Below, one piece after another: positions 48,787 through 63,873 of a stretch of 64,000 nucleotides of DNA. Made by a program: the position numbers and the translations under genes. The notes beneath the pieces were generated by a model. It searched no databases, had not been told where the DNA came from, and worked only from the letters and a program-made list of their open reading frames with translations. Position 1 is the stretch's first letter; every line of letters starts with the position of its first letter. Origin of the DNA: the human T2T-CHM13v2.0 reference genome, Homo sapiens. The stretch lies in assembly GCF_009914755.1 (NCBI RefSeq), contig NC_060930.1; one strand, written 5' to 3'.

Positions 48787-49108
48787 GGCAGAGCGCGGTG
48801 GCTCATGCCTGTAATCCCAGCCCTTCGCGAGGCTGAGTTGGGTGGATTGCTTGAGCTCAGTAGTTCAAGACCAGCCTGAGCAACTTGGCAAGACCCCATC
48901 TGTAATGAAAATCAAAACAAAAAAACAAAAAAAAAACAGCTGGGTGTGGTGGTACACACCTGTGGTCCCAGCAACTTGGGAGCCTGAAGTGAGAGGAGCC
49001 CTTGAGCCTGAGTGGTAGAGGTTGGAGTGAGCCAAGATTGTGCTGCTGCACTCCAGCCTGAGTGACAAAGCAAGACCCTGTCTCAAAAAAAAAAAAAAAA
49101 AAAAGAAA
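48787..49108 (+). mobile_element. AluJ
   Basis: Sense dimer, TSD AACAGACACATT. Confidence 0.92.
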
Positions 49109-49602
49109 GATAACAGACACATTATAATGTAGTATCATGTGTTATAATGGTGATATATACCATACATAATTGGAGCACTGGAAAAGGAGTACCTGTATTT
49201 GCTTAAGAATATCATAAAGGCTTTGAAGATGAGGTAATGTTTAAACTGAAACTCAGTAATGTATAGATATTTGCCAAGTGTGGGTGAGGGGTAAGGGTGG
49301 GTTGAGTATATGAGATAGCAGGTGAAAGCATTCAGCACAGTACCTGTTACTGAATAGATTCTCCATACATGTTTGTCTTCTCCCACCTCTTCCATCTCTG
49401 TGTCAGCAGATAGGGAAGCAGACTGGATACTTATAAAAATAGTTTAAAGTGTTTATTGAACTACTAGTCAATGTACTGAGCATTGTTCTAGGCATTGTAC
49501 ATTTATTTGGGATCCAACAATAACCTTATGAGATATTTTGTATTCCTGAAATATATTATCCCTAGTTTACAGACAAGGAAACTGGGGCTCTGAGTGTTTT
49601 TT

Positions 49603-49935
49603 CAGTTTTTGCAGCTGGAGCCCATTATTCTAAGCAAATTAATGAGGGAGCAGAAAACCAAATATTGCATGTTGTCACTTATAAGTAGGAGCTAAACATG
49701 GGTTCTTATGGACATAAATATGGCAACAATAGACACCGGGGACTACTAGAGAAGGAGGGGAGGGAGAGGGGCAAGGGTTGAAAAACTAACTATTGGGTAA
49801 TATGCTCATTACCTGGGTGGTGGGATCAATCATACCCTAAACCTCAGCGTCATGCAGTATACCCATGTGACAGACCTGCACAGGTACCCCCTAAATCTCA
49901 AATAAAGAAGTTGAAATTTGAAAATAGAGAAATAA
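49603..49935 (+). mobile_element. L1PB/L1PA15-16-like 3' end
   Basis: CAGAAAACCAAATATTGCATGTT..CACTTATAAGT...ACCTGCAC..GTACCCC...AATAAA. Confidence 0.85.
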
Positions 49936-49989
49936 TTTTAGAAAGAAATATTTGTGTTAGACATAATAAAGTGCTTAAGATGTCAATCA

Positions 49990-50316
<327 letters not shown>

Positions 50317-50944
50317 ATTCCGTGATATGACTCTAGCTTGCATTTTACAACCTCATTTTTGGTCTCTCACTTCACAATGATACACTTAAACTACTCTCCT
50401 TGCCATCCTCAAACATTGTATTAACTATTCCTGCCACACAAGTATATGGTACCATTAGCTCAGTTTCGACTGCTGTCTTCAATCTCCATTAGAATCTCAC
50501 TCTCTCTCCATGCACTCAAAAATACACCTCACGTGTAAAGCTTCTATAATGCTTCTGTATGGTATAGACCCCTCCTTTGTATTATTCATTTCATAATTTT
50601 TCTGTTTCTCTATTTTATGTATTCCCTTTCCCTGGAAATCAAGTTAAAGTTAAATATTTGTCTTTTTGAATTCATCCTCTGTATTTCTCATTTGTTTTTG
50701 TGTTTGACTCATGTATTTGCTTCCTTCCTTTCTTCCTTCCTCACCTCCCATATCATCCCCTCCCCTTCCATTTTCTAATCTTTCACTTCTAAGCCACTTA
50801 GTCATTTCAAAATTTTCTGAGAGTGCTTTTTAAATTCTCTGGTTGTTTAAAATCTTTTATTGATGTTATATTGTCTCAAATAGCTCTGGATATACTAAAT
50901 AGATGGTGTATAAAATTTCTTTTGTTCTCTCATTTATCTTGGTC

Positions 50945-51256
<312 letters not shown>

Positions 51257-52117
51257 CTGGTCTTTCTTAATTATGCTGTATGTTTTATGATTCTTGGTTG
51301 ACCCTTCAGATACATGAATGAGGGATAGGAATGATTTAAGGTCCAGTGGGTAGAGAGCCAGTTTTTACACCAGTGGTCTTCTCATTGTCAGAATGAATAG
51401 GGGTGTATGCACAGGATCCAATATTTTACCGCTTGCCTGGATATTTCCTTCAGTCTCTTTAGAGAAGGGCCTCATATTATTTGCCTTAAGGCCATGTTTG
51501 CCTGTTTTCACATGTGTAGGTAGGAATGGTATGTGAGAATGAAATGGGAATCTGGTCCTTACACAAACCTTTCATTAACCTCCCTGTTTTCAAGCCCATT
51601 GCTCGTTCTTACCCTTCATCATACATGTGTGTAAGCAGAGTTTCTCAGGGTTCTATTAGGAATCTTGGTTCCTACTTCTGCTGCAGCTCCTTCTGTTAAT
51701 TTTCTTGGGTGTGACTCCTTCAACTCAGTTATCAGTCAGCACTCAAACTTCTAGAAATTTATTGAATTTGGTTTTCTGCTGATGCATCTCTCATTCTCTT
51801 CTTTATTGTGAATCTTTCTTTTTACTAGTTTGTCATTTTGATGGCTTTTAAAGAGTAACGTGAAGCACCTCACTTGGTCTGTTCAGCCTGCCATCTTGAA
51901 CTGGAAGTCAGTTTATGCCTCCTAGAGAAAAAAATACTCTGATTTCTAAGGAGAATCAGTTATTAAACTGTAGCCACTTCCCAATCTAGTTGGAGAGAAA
52001 AAGCCTGTGTCAAGAGAGATGAGTAAGCCATTACTATCTGGAGCCCTGGGTAAAAATAATTGGCAAATAAACGATAGCATTCATACTATTTTCAGTTGAC
52101 TCCTTATTCCTGTTATT

Positions 52118-52630
52118 CTTTTTTTTTTTTTTTTTTTTTTGAGAATGGGTCTTGCTCTGTTGCCCAGGTTGGAGTGCAGTGGCGTAATCGTGGGTAGGTG
52201 CAACCTTGACCACGGTTCAAGCAATTCTTCCACCTTAGCCTTCCAAAATGTTGGGATTACAGGCATCAGCCACTGCACCTGGCCCCTGTTCATATTATTT
52301 AAAAATCCTTTTTAAATGGTTTGTTGGGAAGAGGAAAGCAAATACAGCAAGGATTTTTTTTTTTTTCCTGAGTCAGGGTCTCTGTCACCCAGGCTGTTAT
52401 AGAAAACAGCATGAAGTGCAGTATTGAGACCTCAGCTCACTGCAGCCTCCCTAGTAGCTGGGACGTCAAGTGTGTGCCACCATGCCCAGCTAATTTTTTG
52501 TATTTTTTTGTAGAGATGGGGTTTCGCCATGTTGCACAGGCTGGCCTAGAACTCCTGAGCTCAAGCAGTCTACCTCCCTCGGCCTCCCAAAGTGCTGGGA
52601 TTACAGGCATGAACCACTGCACCCAGGCTG
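52118..52630 (-). mobile_element. Two deleted/monomeric old Alus (52118-52283, 52354-52630)
   Basis: Antisense Alu sequence with internal deletions. Confidence 0.82.
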
Positions 52631-52683
52631 AAAGCCAATATTTTTATAATTCTTAAATAAATATGTGCCAGAATGAATTTTAA

Positions 52684-53875
<1,192 letters not shown>

Positions 53876-54259
53876 CCAAGTAAGATTTTAATAGAAAGCC
53901 ATGACTAGGAGAGTACATCCCCGACTGGAATAAGATAGAATACAGAAATGAGAAAATATTCAGAGAAATATAAGTTATCCAGTTTTACTAATGGAGGGAT
54001 TGTGTTTTAGAGTAATGGGAAATGAAGTGGAAAATGTAAGTAAGGTAAGATTATGAAGGATCTCACCTACAACCTAAGAGCAGAATTGTAGATTTTTGAG
54101 ACAAGGGTCTCAAAAAAAGATTTTTGAGACAAGGGACTTAACAGGCTAAGATTTATTGAGAGAGAATGTGCAGGTATGGAAGATGATGTAGAGTAATGAG
54201 CAGTTGTGATGCTGAGATGCCAGTGAAGAAACTATTACACTTATCTTGGTAGAAGATAG

Positions 54260-54880
54260 TGTAAACTTTCCCTTTGCCTTCTGAAGATTCACTAAAAATT
54301 ACTGACAAGAGGCAGATTAATAGGAGAAAAGGCTTACAAGTTTATTTGATCATAGTTTTACCGTGACACAGGAGCCTCCAGAATGATGATTCAAAAATTC
54401 AGGGGAAATTGTACATTTTTAGGCATATGTTTAACAAAGTATAGACAGCTGTAAAGAAATATAATTGGACAAAAAGATTATGTATGATCTAATGCTAACA
54501 GACTGAGTAGGGAAACCCAGCAAGGTCTGTCTGTCTAGATTTTTCTTGGCCTCTCTGAGCATGCATTCCTGCCTTTTGGGTATGGGCAGGATCTTCTCTG
54601 ATTGGAGGTCTTACTGACTCAGAGTCAAACAAGGTAGGTCAGTTTTTGCACAGAAAGGTCTGGGTGGGGATGGAATTAGAGTAATGTTTTTAGGTTTTAT
54701 GGCTGGCTTTGGGGAAAAGGGGTTCTGGTTCTGTAACCTACCTTGGAGAAGAGGGATTCCAGTTTCTATGGCTAGCCTTGCGGGGAAATGAGACTGAGAA
54801 ACAGGAAGACTGGAGAAGGTCAGAGAAAAACTGCTTCTAAAGTTTTCTTTTTTGTTGTATTGTTTTCTGAATCCCAGCAA
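54260..54880 (-). mobile_element. ERV1 solo LTR (MER39/MER34-like)
   Basis: AGGCAGATTAATAGGAGAAAAGGC...GTTTCTATGGCTAGCCTTG...TTTTCTGAATCCCAGCA. Confidence 0.65.
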
Positions 54881-55218
54881 TAGTTAAGACCTGAAGTAGG
54901 GTGATAGCAATCCAATGAAGTGGATGGGGCAGATGAGAGAGGAGAGATAGTAAGCAAAAATAAACAAGATTCCATAAATGGTTTGGGTAAAAGTAAGCAT
55001 TGGAACCAGTGTAATTGGAAAAATGGAGAAACCTTCAATAAAAATTGGCAAGTTAAGGGGATAAGTTGATTTTTGGGGGAACAAATACAGGGAGCTAATT
55101 CCTTACCTTTCAACAATCTTTTCCACCTATGTAGCAGCTATTTTGGTCTAATAGCAAAGACAGAGTATTCTGTGTGAATTCTTGTCTTTTTCTTGCAAAG
55201 CCATTATAGTTTCTTATG

Positions 55219-55733
55219 GATATATATATATATATAATATATATTATATTATATATTATTTATATATAATTATTATTTATTATTATATATATAAATAATA
55301 TATATATTTATATATAATTATATTATATATAATATATATAATTATATTATATATAATATATATAATTATATTATATATAATATATATAATTATATTATAT
55401 ATAATATATATAATTATATTATATATAATATATATAATTATATTATATATAATATATATAATTATATTATATATATTATATATAATTATATTATATATAA
55501 TATATATAATATATATATTATATAATATATATAATATATATAAAATATATATAATATATAACCTATATATATTATATATTATATATAATATATATTATAT
55601 ATTTTATATATTTTATATATATAATATATATTATATATTTTATATATATAAAATATATAATATATATTATATATATTAAATATATAAAATATATAATATA
55701 TATTATATATATAAAATATATAATATATATATA
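55219..55733. repeat. AT-only low-complexity tract containing a 24-bp minisatellite (TATTATATATAATATATATAATTA)n
   Basis: ~515 bp of A/T except CC at 55562-55563. At least 6 exact units from 55321. Confidence 0.96.
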
Positions 55734-56043
55734 TTTTTTTGCCAAGTATTATGAAACTAAATTGCCTTATGGACTAATTTGGGGAGGGGGACATATATGA
55801 TAGAACTTTTTAAAGTATTCTTTCAGAATATCATGAACAACAGCTAGAATTTATTAGTTTGTAAGAGCTGGAATTTTACTTTAGATTTGGAAAAGCAGTT
55901 CACTTATAAGATACCTATCAAAAATCATAATAATGGAAAATTAAATTAAGTGAAAGTATACCAGCTTAATTGAGTTCACTAGGAACTATGCACCAACTCC
56001 TACAAAAGTGCACTTAAGAGCTATGAGGAGTTAAGTGATAGAG

Positions 56044-56365
<322 letters not shown>

Positions 56366-56914
56366 CAGTGATAGAGTTTTTGTTGCCAAAACAAAACATA
56401 TGAACATATGATAGCTCTAATAAAAAATGCTGTTTCTTTGTTCTCATAATTTCAGTAGCTGAACTATGCTCCATTTCATCTGTAAAAGAGAAATAATCTG
56501 TACCTTCTTGAGTGGAGAGGGAGAAAGGAAATGAAAGCAAAATAACTATTTATAATTAGTGAAGAGAAAGCTTAGGAAAAAATGAGAAGATGCTTTAGAA
56601 ATGTTAAAATAGCTTTAATAATAATACTTTATTATTTTAAAGAATGTAGGCAGTTGTGATTTTTTCCCCCAACATTTCATCAGAGAGCAGAAAAGGTGCT
56701 GCCAAATTGCAGACTTCCACATGAAAGATTTCACTATGCCAGGTGACCTGCACTAGAAGCAGGTTAATAACCCTGTTTTCATGGGCTGTCTTGCTTTCAC
56801 AATGAATGGTCTCCTTTTGCAATGAATTTTTGAAGTTTTGTTTTTATTTATTCTATGTAATAATTTGGCTACATGTAATTATTTAGCTGCCTTTAGAGTC
56901 ATGGACTTGGAGAA

Positions 56915-57150
56915 TTGAAGATTTTCTGGTCCAATATTTCTCTAAGTATGTTCGTCATCTGTACTTAAAGAAGGGGCTCTGGGATCAATTAGGTCAGGAA
57001 ACTGCTGAGTTAAAAAAGATTTTTAGTTTTGTGGGAGTTGGGGAGGTGAGAACATTCCTGAGACTTTAATATGCTAATATGAGTCTCTCACAGAGAAACA
57101 ACATACAGTGTTTTACAAACTTACTTGACCACAAAACCTTTTTCTCGTGG
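56915..57150. mobile_element. Old hAT-Charlie-type DNA transposon remnant
   Basis: CTTTAATATGCTAAT...AAACTTACTTGACCACAAAACC resembles MER113/Charlie MITEs. Confidence 0.4.
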
Positions 57151-57709
57151 TCTTGTTGTTACTCAGAACTCAAATCTTTTGAATTTACAAATGAACAGAA
57201 ACGACAGCAAATGGCTTATTCAAAGCAATATAGCAGTTTATTTAAAGAACTGGACTTGAACTAAGGACTTCTACCATCATGTTTTATTTCTGTTGCCCCA
57301 CCAATTCAGGAGAGTCTTTAAAAACTACATGATATTCTAAATTAGATCTGTAAAATGTACACAGAGGGGTTTGAAAAAATAAATAAAACTACTGATTGAA
57401 TTATTTTTAGTATATTTTGAACTGGCACATTGACTTTGATGAAAAGAGGATTGAAAGAGCCAAATAATATTTGAAACCAAAATCAACAATTTTGTAATTG
57501 GTGAACATTGTTATTTTTACAAAAAATCAGCTATCTTTCAAATATGAAATCTGATTTCCTTTCAAATTATAAAAAGCTCAAACGACGCAGTAATGTATAT
57601 ACCAGAAAACTTTGCTACCTTTCTAGAACGGGACTGGAGAAAACGACTCTTTAGTGTCTGTTGTTTCAGACCACATCTCTATATAATAAACATATATCTT
57701 TTAAAAACT

Positions 57710-57835
57710 TTAGCTGGACTCTGCATGTGCCTGTTATCTCAGCTACTCAGAAGGCTGAGGCTAGAAAATCCCAGAAGTTCAAGACCAGCTTGGGCAACAT
57801 AGTGAGTCCCATATCAAAAATAAATAAACAAAATT
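57710..57835 (+). mobile_element. Alu monomer (FLAM-like)
   Basis: Single degenerate arm with A-rich tail. Confidence 0.75.
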
Positions 57836-58371
57836 AAAATTTTACATAGATAGCATTATGGTAGACACAGTTCTTTAACTCTTTTTTTTTTTAACTCAAC
57901 AATATGACATGCTTATCTTTCTACATTAGAACATGTAGAACTAATAAAACTTCTCTTAATGGCTTAATAATGTTATATGGTGCTATTATATTAATAATTT
58001 ATTTAATCAGTTTCCCATTGATAGATGTTCAGATAGATGTAATTATTTTTTACCAATCAGTGCTGTGGTATCTTTTTGAGCCTTTGTGTATGTCTGTAGT
58101 AGAATTATTAATTGTGGAATTGCTGGGACAAAGAATATGCACATTTTAATTTTTCTAAGTATTGCCAAATTGCCTTAAAAATTTTTTTCTCCCACTGCCA
58201 GTATTGCAAAAAGAAACTTTAAAATGGTATATGTTTCACTGAACTTAAGACTTTATACTTTTGTAATGCATGACAGAGTATCTTTCTTTTTTAAAATTAT
58301 AGAGATAATTTATAAAGCAATGATAATTTTAATCTCTCTTTTTCTCCCCCACCCTCTTCTGCTCTTTACAG

Positions 58372-58556
58372 AGCAAACTATTCATGGAAGGATTTAGAAG
58401 CCTAAAAGAAGGAGAACCAGTGGAATTCACATTTAAAAAATCTTCCAAAGGCCTTGAGTCAATACGGGTAACAGGACCTGGTGGGAGCCCCTGTTTAGGA
58501 AGTGAAAGAAGACCCAAAGGGAAGACACTACAGAAAAGAAAACCAAAGGGAGATAG
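58372..58556 (+). CDS. LIN28B: LIN28B internal coding exon (exon 3): C-terminal cold-shock domain and basic linker preceding the CCHC zinc knuckles
   Basis: Polypyrimidine tract plus TACAG acceptor (AG at 58370-58371) and AG|GTAATC donor after 58556. The 185-nt phase0/phase2 exon translates to SKLFMEGFRSLKEGEPVEFTFKKSSKGLESIRVTGPGGSPCLGSERRPKGKTLQKRKPKGD(R), recognised as LIN28B (LIN28A reads SKLHMEGFRSLKEGEAVEF...). Confidence 0.97.
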
Positions 58557-60329
58557 GTAATCATTTTTACTTTGTTAATTTATCAGTTTATTGTGTTTGG
58601 AAAGGATTTCTGAAAATGTTTTCATCTTACTGCATTTCATATTGTCTAGCCAAAGGAAACCACCATCATGTAGAATATATTAAATATCAGAAATATAGGC
58701 TATCTTGCAGTTTGAATTATCTGCAGAATGTACTGAACTGAGCCTTCAGCATTAAGCACTGAATAGTTCCTTGACCACCTTTTCCACCAGACTGTTCTGA
58801 GACCCCAGTTGAGGAGTTGAAGTTCCCAATAGATAGAGGTGCCCCTTTTTACACCCAGAATTTGCCAAACACCTCACCTCTTTTTTCAAATGAAAATGTA
58901 CCTATTGTTTTGTCTGTTTTTGAAAGACAGCTCACGTATAGAAAGTCCAAATAATATAAAAACCGTAAAGAGGAAAAAATCACTTGAAATCCTAGAGGTG
59001 GGAATTATAATATATATGGTATTTTGAAACTTGTAATTTTTTTCACCTAATAGTATATTATAGAATATTTCATGTCAATTGTTATCACTTCATAAATTTT
59101 ACTATTTGAATGTACCAAAATATAATTTAAAGAATAATATGTTAGTGGATATTTAGGCTACCTCATGTATTTTGAATTGATCAATAACACCACTGTGGGA
59201 ACTCTTAGATGTACATTTTTGAAAAGTTGTCTGATTATATCTTTAGGGTAAATACTTAATAGTGAAAATCTGGATCAAAAAAATATGTATTTTAAAAATT
59301 TCAATACTTAGTTCTAAACTACTCTCCAGAAATGATTAGCGGGCCAGTATGTAACACCTCTGAAAGTGAGACAGCTCATTGAATGTTGTCTTTTTAAAAT
59401 CTTTTCCAGTTACATAGGTTAGAGATGTAGCTCATTGTTTGTTTGTGGTTTTTTTCACATTATTTGATTACTTTGGAGGTTGAATATATTTTATATGTTT
59501 TCATTTTTTTCTTCTAAGAATTGTACATTTCTTGTCCATTGACCATTTTCTATTGAGATGTTTGTTTGTTATTATTGATTTCTAAGTTCTCTTGATATAT
59601 TTAGGATATGAATCTTTCTTCTCAAATAAAAAATAAGAAATTTTTTTAGCTTATAAAATATATTTTATCTTTAATGATAGTTTTTAAAAAGTATTTTGAA
59701 GTTTTGAATTTTTTACAGACAAGTCTGTGACTCTCCTTGATGTTACCTGACTTTATTTCATTTTCCAAACTACAAAATTAAAAATATGCTATATTCATTT
59801 ATGTTTTTAGTATTATTTTAGTTAATTTATATTTTACACTTAAGTATCTCTTCTCTTTATAATCTAATTTGCTTTTGAAGAAAGAACTGTAAAGGTCTAG
59901 GTTTTCTTTTCTCTCCAAATTGGTAACCAGTTATCTCTGTAGCACTTGTTGCCTATTTCATATTTTCCTATTGGTTTGAAAAGCTATCCAGTGAAACAAT
60001 AAATTCCATTTTCATTGACATTTTTAGGAGCTCATTTTGTACAAAAGAAAGTCCATGAATGTGTGTGAAAGTTTAATGATACACTTAGCTATTAAAGTGG
60101 TTTTCTGCTCCCATGGAGATAATACCTGCATACATACTTAAATACGTACAAGTAAAGCAAAGTAAAATAAAACAGCCCTTTATTTTTCCATGTCTTTTAG
60201 ATAAAATCTTTAACAAAGTAGTTCTAGAATGCTTTACATTCCAATTCTGGGTTGGAATCAGTATGTGAGGGAGAATAGTGGAGGTTGAGATTTGAAGAGT
60301 AAGATGGCAGGACATTTTTTCATATTGGA

Positions 60330-62090
60330 TCTTGTCAACCATTTTAAGGACTTTGATTCTGGAGAAAATAGGAAGTCATTGGGAAATTTTAGGTTGAAAA
60401 GTAACATGATCTGATTTACTCAGAGTATCATTCTGGCAGCTGCAATGACAGCACAATGTGGAGAGGCAAGGATAGAAGCTGAAAGACCACTAAAGAAGAA
60501 GTTCCAATAATACAGAAAAGAGCTAGTGGTGGTTTGGACAAGGGTAGTAGCAGTAGAAGTGGTGAACAAAAATTCTGATATGTTTTGAAGGAAGAGACCA
60601 TAGAATTTACTGATGGATTGATTAGATTTGGACTATCAGAGGAAAAGAGTCCAGGGTGACTCCAAGGTTTTTTGGCCTATACAACAGGAAAGATGAAGGG
60701 ACTATTTATCAAGATGGGGAAACCTACAGAAGGAGCCTGAAATCAAAAGTATAGTTTCAGACATTTAATTAGAGATACATAATGCACATCCAAGTGAAGA
60801 TGTATATTAGGCAGATGGATGCACTATATGGAGTTCCAGCACTGGAGTTAAAAAATTGGCAACATTTAGCAAAAAGATGATATTTACAGCCACAAGAGGA
60901 GATAAGATCACCATCACAGTGAGTATACATAGGTAAGAAGAGGACTAAGCCCTGGGGCACTCTAGCATTTAAGAGTCAAGAAGAGGGAGGAACAGCAAAG
61001 GGCACTAAGTAAGAAGGTGGGAAATAGGAGGGAAAGTCAGGGAAAGAAAATATTTCAAGAAAGGGTATCAGGTATGTTAAATGGTGCTGATGGTGAAATG
61101 ATCAAGTAAGATAACCATTGAAACTTGACCGCTTAGCAACACGGAAGTCATTATTGAGGTCTGAGGTTGACAAGAACGGGCTGAGTGGACTGGTGGGGGT
61201 GAAAGCCTTCGTGGGTTGTGTTCAATACAGAGAATGAAAACAGAGGAAGCAGAGACAGCAAGTTTAGACAATCTTTTGAGAAGTGTTTCTATAATAAATG
61301 GGAGGAAAGAAACAAAGCAGTGGCTAAATGGAAGAAATTATAGCATGTTTATATGTTCATAGGAATGGTCTAGTGCAAAGGAAAGATTGAACATGCAGGA
61401 GAGAGGAGAACGATTACTGGAGTGATTTCCTTGAGTGGGTGACAGTATTGGGATTTAAAGCACAACTGGGGGAGCTGATCATGTGAGTACAGAAGGTTCA
61501 TTCTTACAAACCTGGAGGAAAGGCGTAGCTTATGGGCACAGATGCAGGTGGTAGATAGATATGAAGGTAGGATAAGGCGAGATTTCTCTTTTTTATGCTG
61601 GTTTTTTTTTTCTTTGAATTTGAAGCACGGTCATCAACTGAGAGTGATGGTAGAAGAGTAGGTTTGGAAATTTAACAAGAAAGACGTATAAAATAGAAGA
61701 ATGAACACATTATAGAAAAGAGGTAGAATTTCAGGCTGTGCCAAAGACCCACATAAGAATAGTGGGTACGAATTTAAAGTCAGTTAATGTGATTGTGTTT
61801 TTTCTCCAGCCATTGTTGACTTCATGGCTACAGCTGTAAAACAGTCATTAAAATGATTTAACTAGAGTTGAGGTTTTTCCTAGTTGAGAATGACAAAGGG
61901 CACTGGAGATGTATGCAGGGCAGCAAATGTAATGATGGATGATAGAATATAAACTGTATAAAGAGTGAAGACATTGAAAAGGTGGTAAGTAAACACATGG
62001 GGTGTGGGTTGCAGTGGAGTCAAAGAATTATAGTTGGGGTACTGATCTGGCAAGGTACGAGGTGGTGGTGGTCAGAAGTGAATAACTGTT
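60330..62090 (-). mobile_element. Long L2 remnant
   Basis: Purine-rich L2 phrases (GGTGACTCCAAGGTTTTTGGCCT, CATCCAAGTGAAGATG, GAGGACTAAGCCCTGGGGCACTC). Confidence 0.75.
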
Positions 62091-62645
62091 CCAACTCCTT
62101 ACTCTTACTGTGTGTCTTATTGTAATTAAAGCTTTGACACACTTAATATCTAATAATTTCCAACTTTCTATTAAGCTAAGGGTGTCCATAATTTTTGTCA
62201 CTAGGATTAGCAATTCCAGTTTTCCATGTGCTGCTTGTTTTTACAAAATGGTGTAGAGACAACATACAATAAAATATTCAATAAACATAGAGACTCCTGC
62301 ATAGAAACTGACACCATGAGAAAACAAGATTTGACAGTGTGGTAGCAAGAAATGGATCTTTGTCAGCTGATGGCTGGAACAGTTACCAAGGCATGATTTG
62401 CTCCCCAAATGTTTAAAAAACTTCAAAGATCTTTGATAACTTTCTTGATTTCTTTCATGGTTATTTCCTGAGACAGTTTTAGTAATGAGAATAAAATTGT
62501 GCTTTGATCCAGATTTTATGTTTATTAGTACAATTATGTGAAGCAGCCTTGAAAATCTTATAAAATATTTGATTCTCTAGTTATTTCCTATTGCTATTTT
62601 TTCTTGATAAGATAATGTATTGTATTTCAAAGAACAGGCTCTTGA

Positions 62646-62961
<316 letters not shown>

Positions 62962-63595
62962 TCTTGGATTAATTTCTGTTATACTGTTTTTCCCCTAATA
63001 CTTCCTGTGATTATTTTTATTTCCTTCTATTTTATTTTATTTTGACTTTTATTATGAAAATTTTTAGAATACAAAAAGGTAGGAAAAATTAAGTATGGCC
63101 GCCAAACATGTATGCCCACCTTACATATTTAAAGTGGCTTCTTTTTCCTTTTTTAATAAGCATTTTGTGGGGAGATATTTTGACTATGTAAATATCCCAT
63201 TCACCATCAAACTTTTAAATTTTCATTTATTATATTAGTCTGAACCATGGATTTCTGCATTTTTCTGAAAGTTATAATCTGTAACCACCGTTATTTATTT
63301 TACTGGTCAAATTTCCCAGATTTGACCAGTAGGAGCCCCTTCAGGCTGGTTTCTGTGTCCTTTTGATGGGTCCTCATCATTTTTTGAGTACTTTCTTACT
63401 GGTATAAGATACTTTCATACTGACCTTATGGCCTACAAAATGTTTAAAATAATGATATTAAATAATTGATTTGGTCTGCTGATGTACCAGAAAGCTAGAA
63501 TTCCAGTTAATTTATATTAAATTTGGAAGTAAGCATTGGTATATTTCTGTATATAAATATATACATAATATTAAATTGTCATATAGTAAAATTGA

Positions 63596-63873
<278 letters not shown>

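Noticed and set aside
52396-52416. ~20-nt insertion inside an old Alu
   Set aside because: Only a 5-bp stem and no clear template. Too weak to call a templated insertion.
58465-58473. Cryptic donor CGG|GTAACA within exon 3
   Set aside because: Weaker than the real donor and explained by Arg-Val-Thr codons. No evidence of use.
58329-58741. Track ORFs overlapping the LIN28B exon (antisense 62 aa, sense 79 aa)
   Set aside because: Wrong strand or frame shadows of the real spliced exon.
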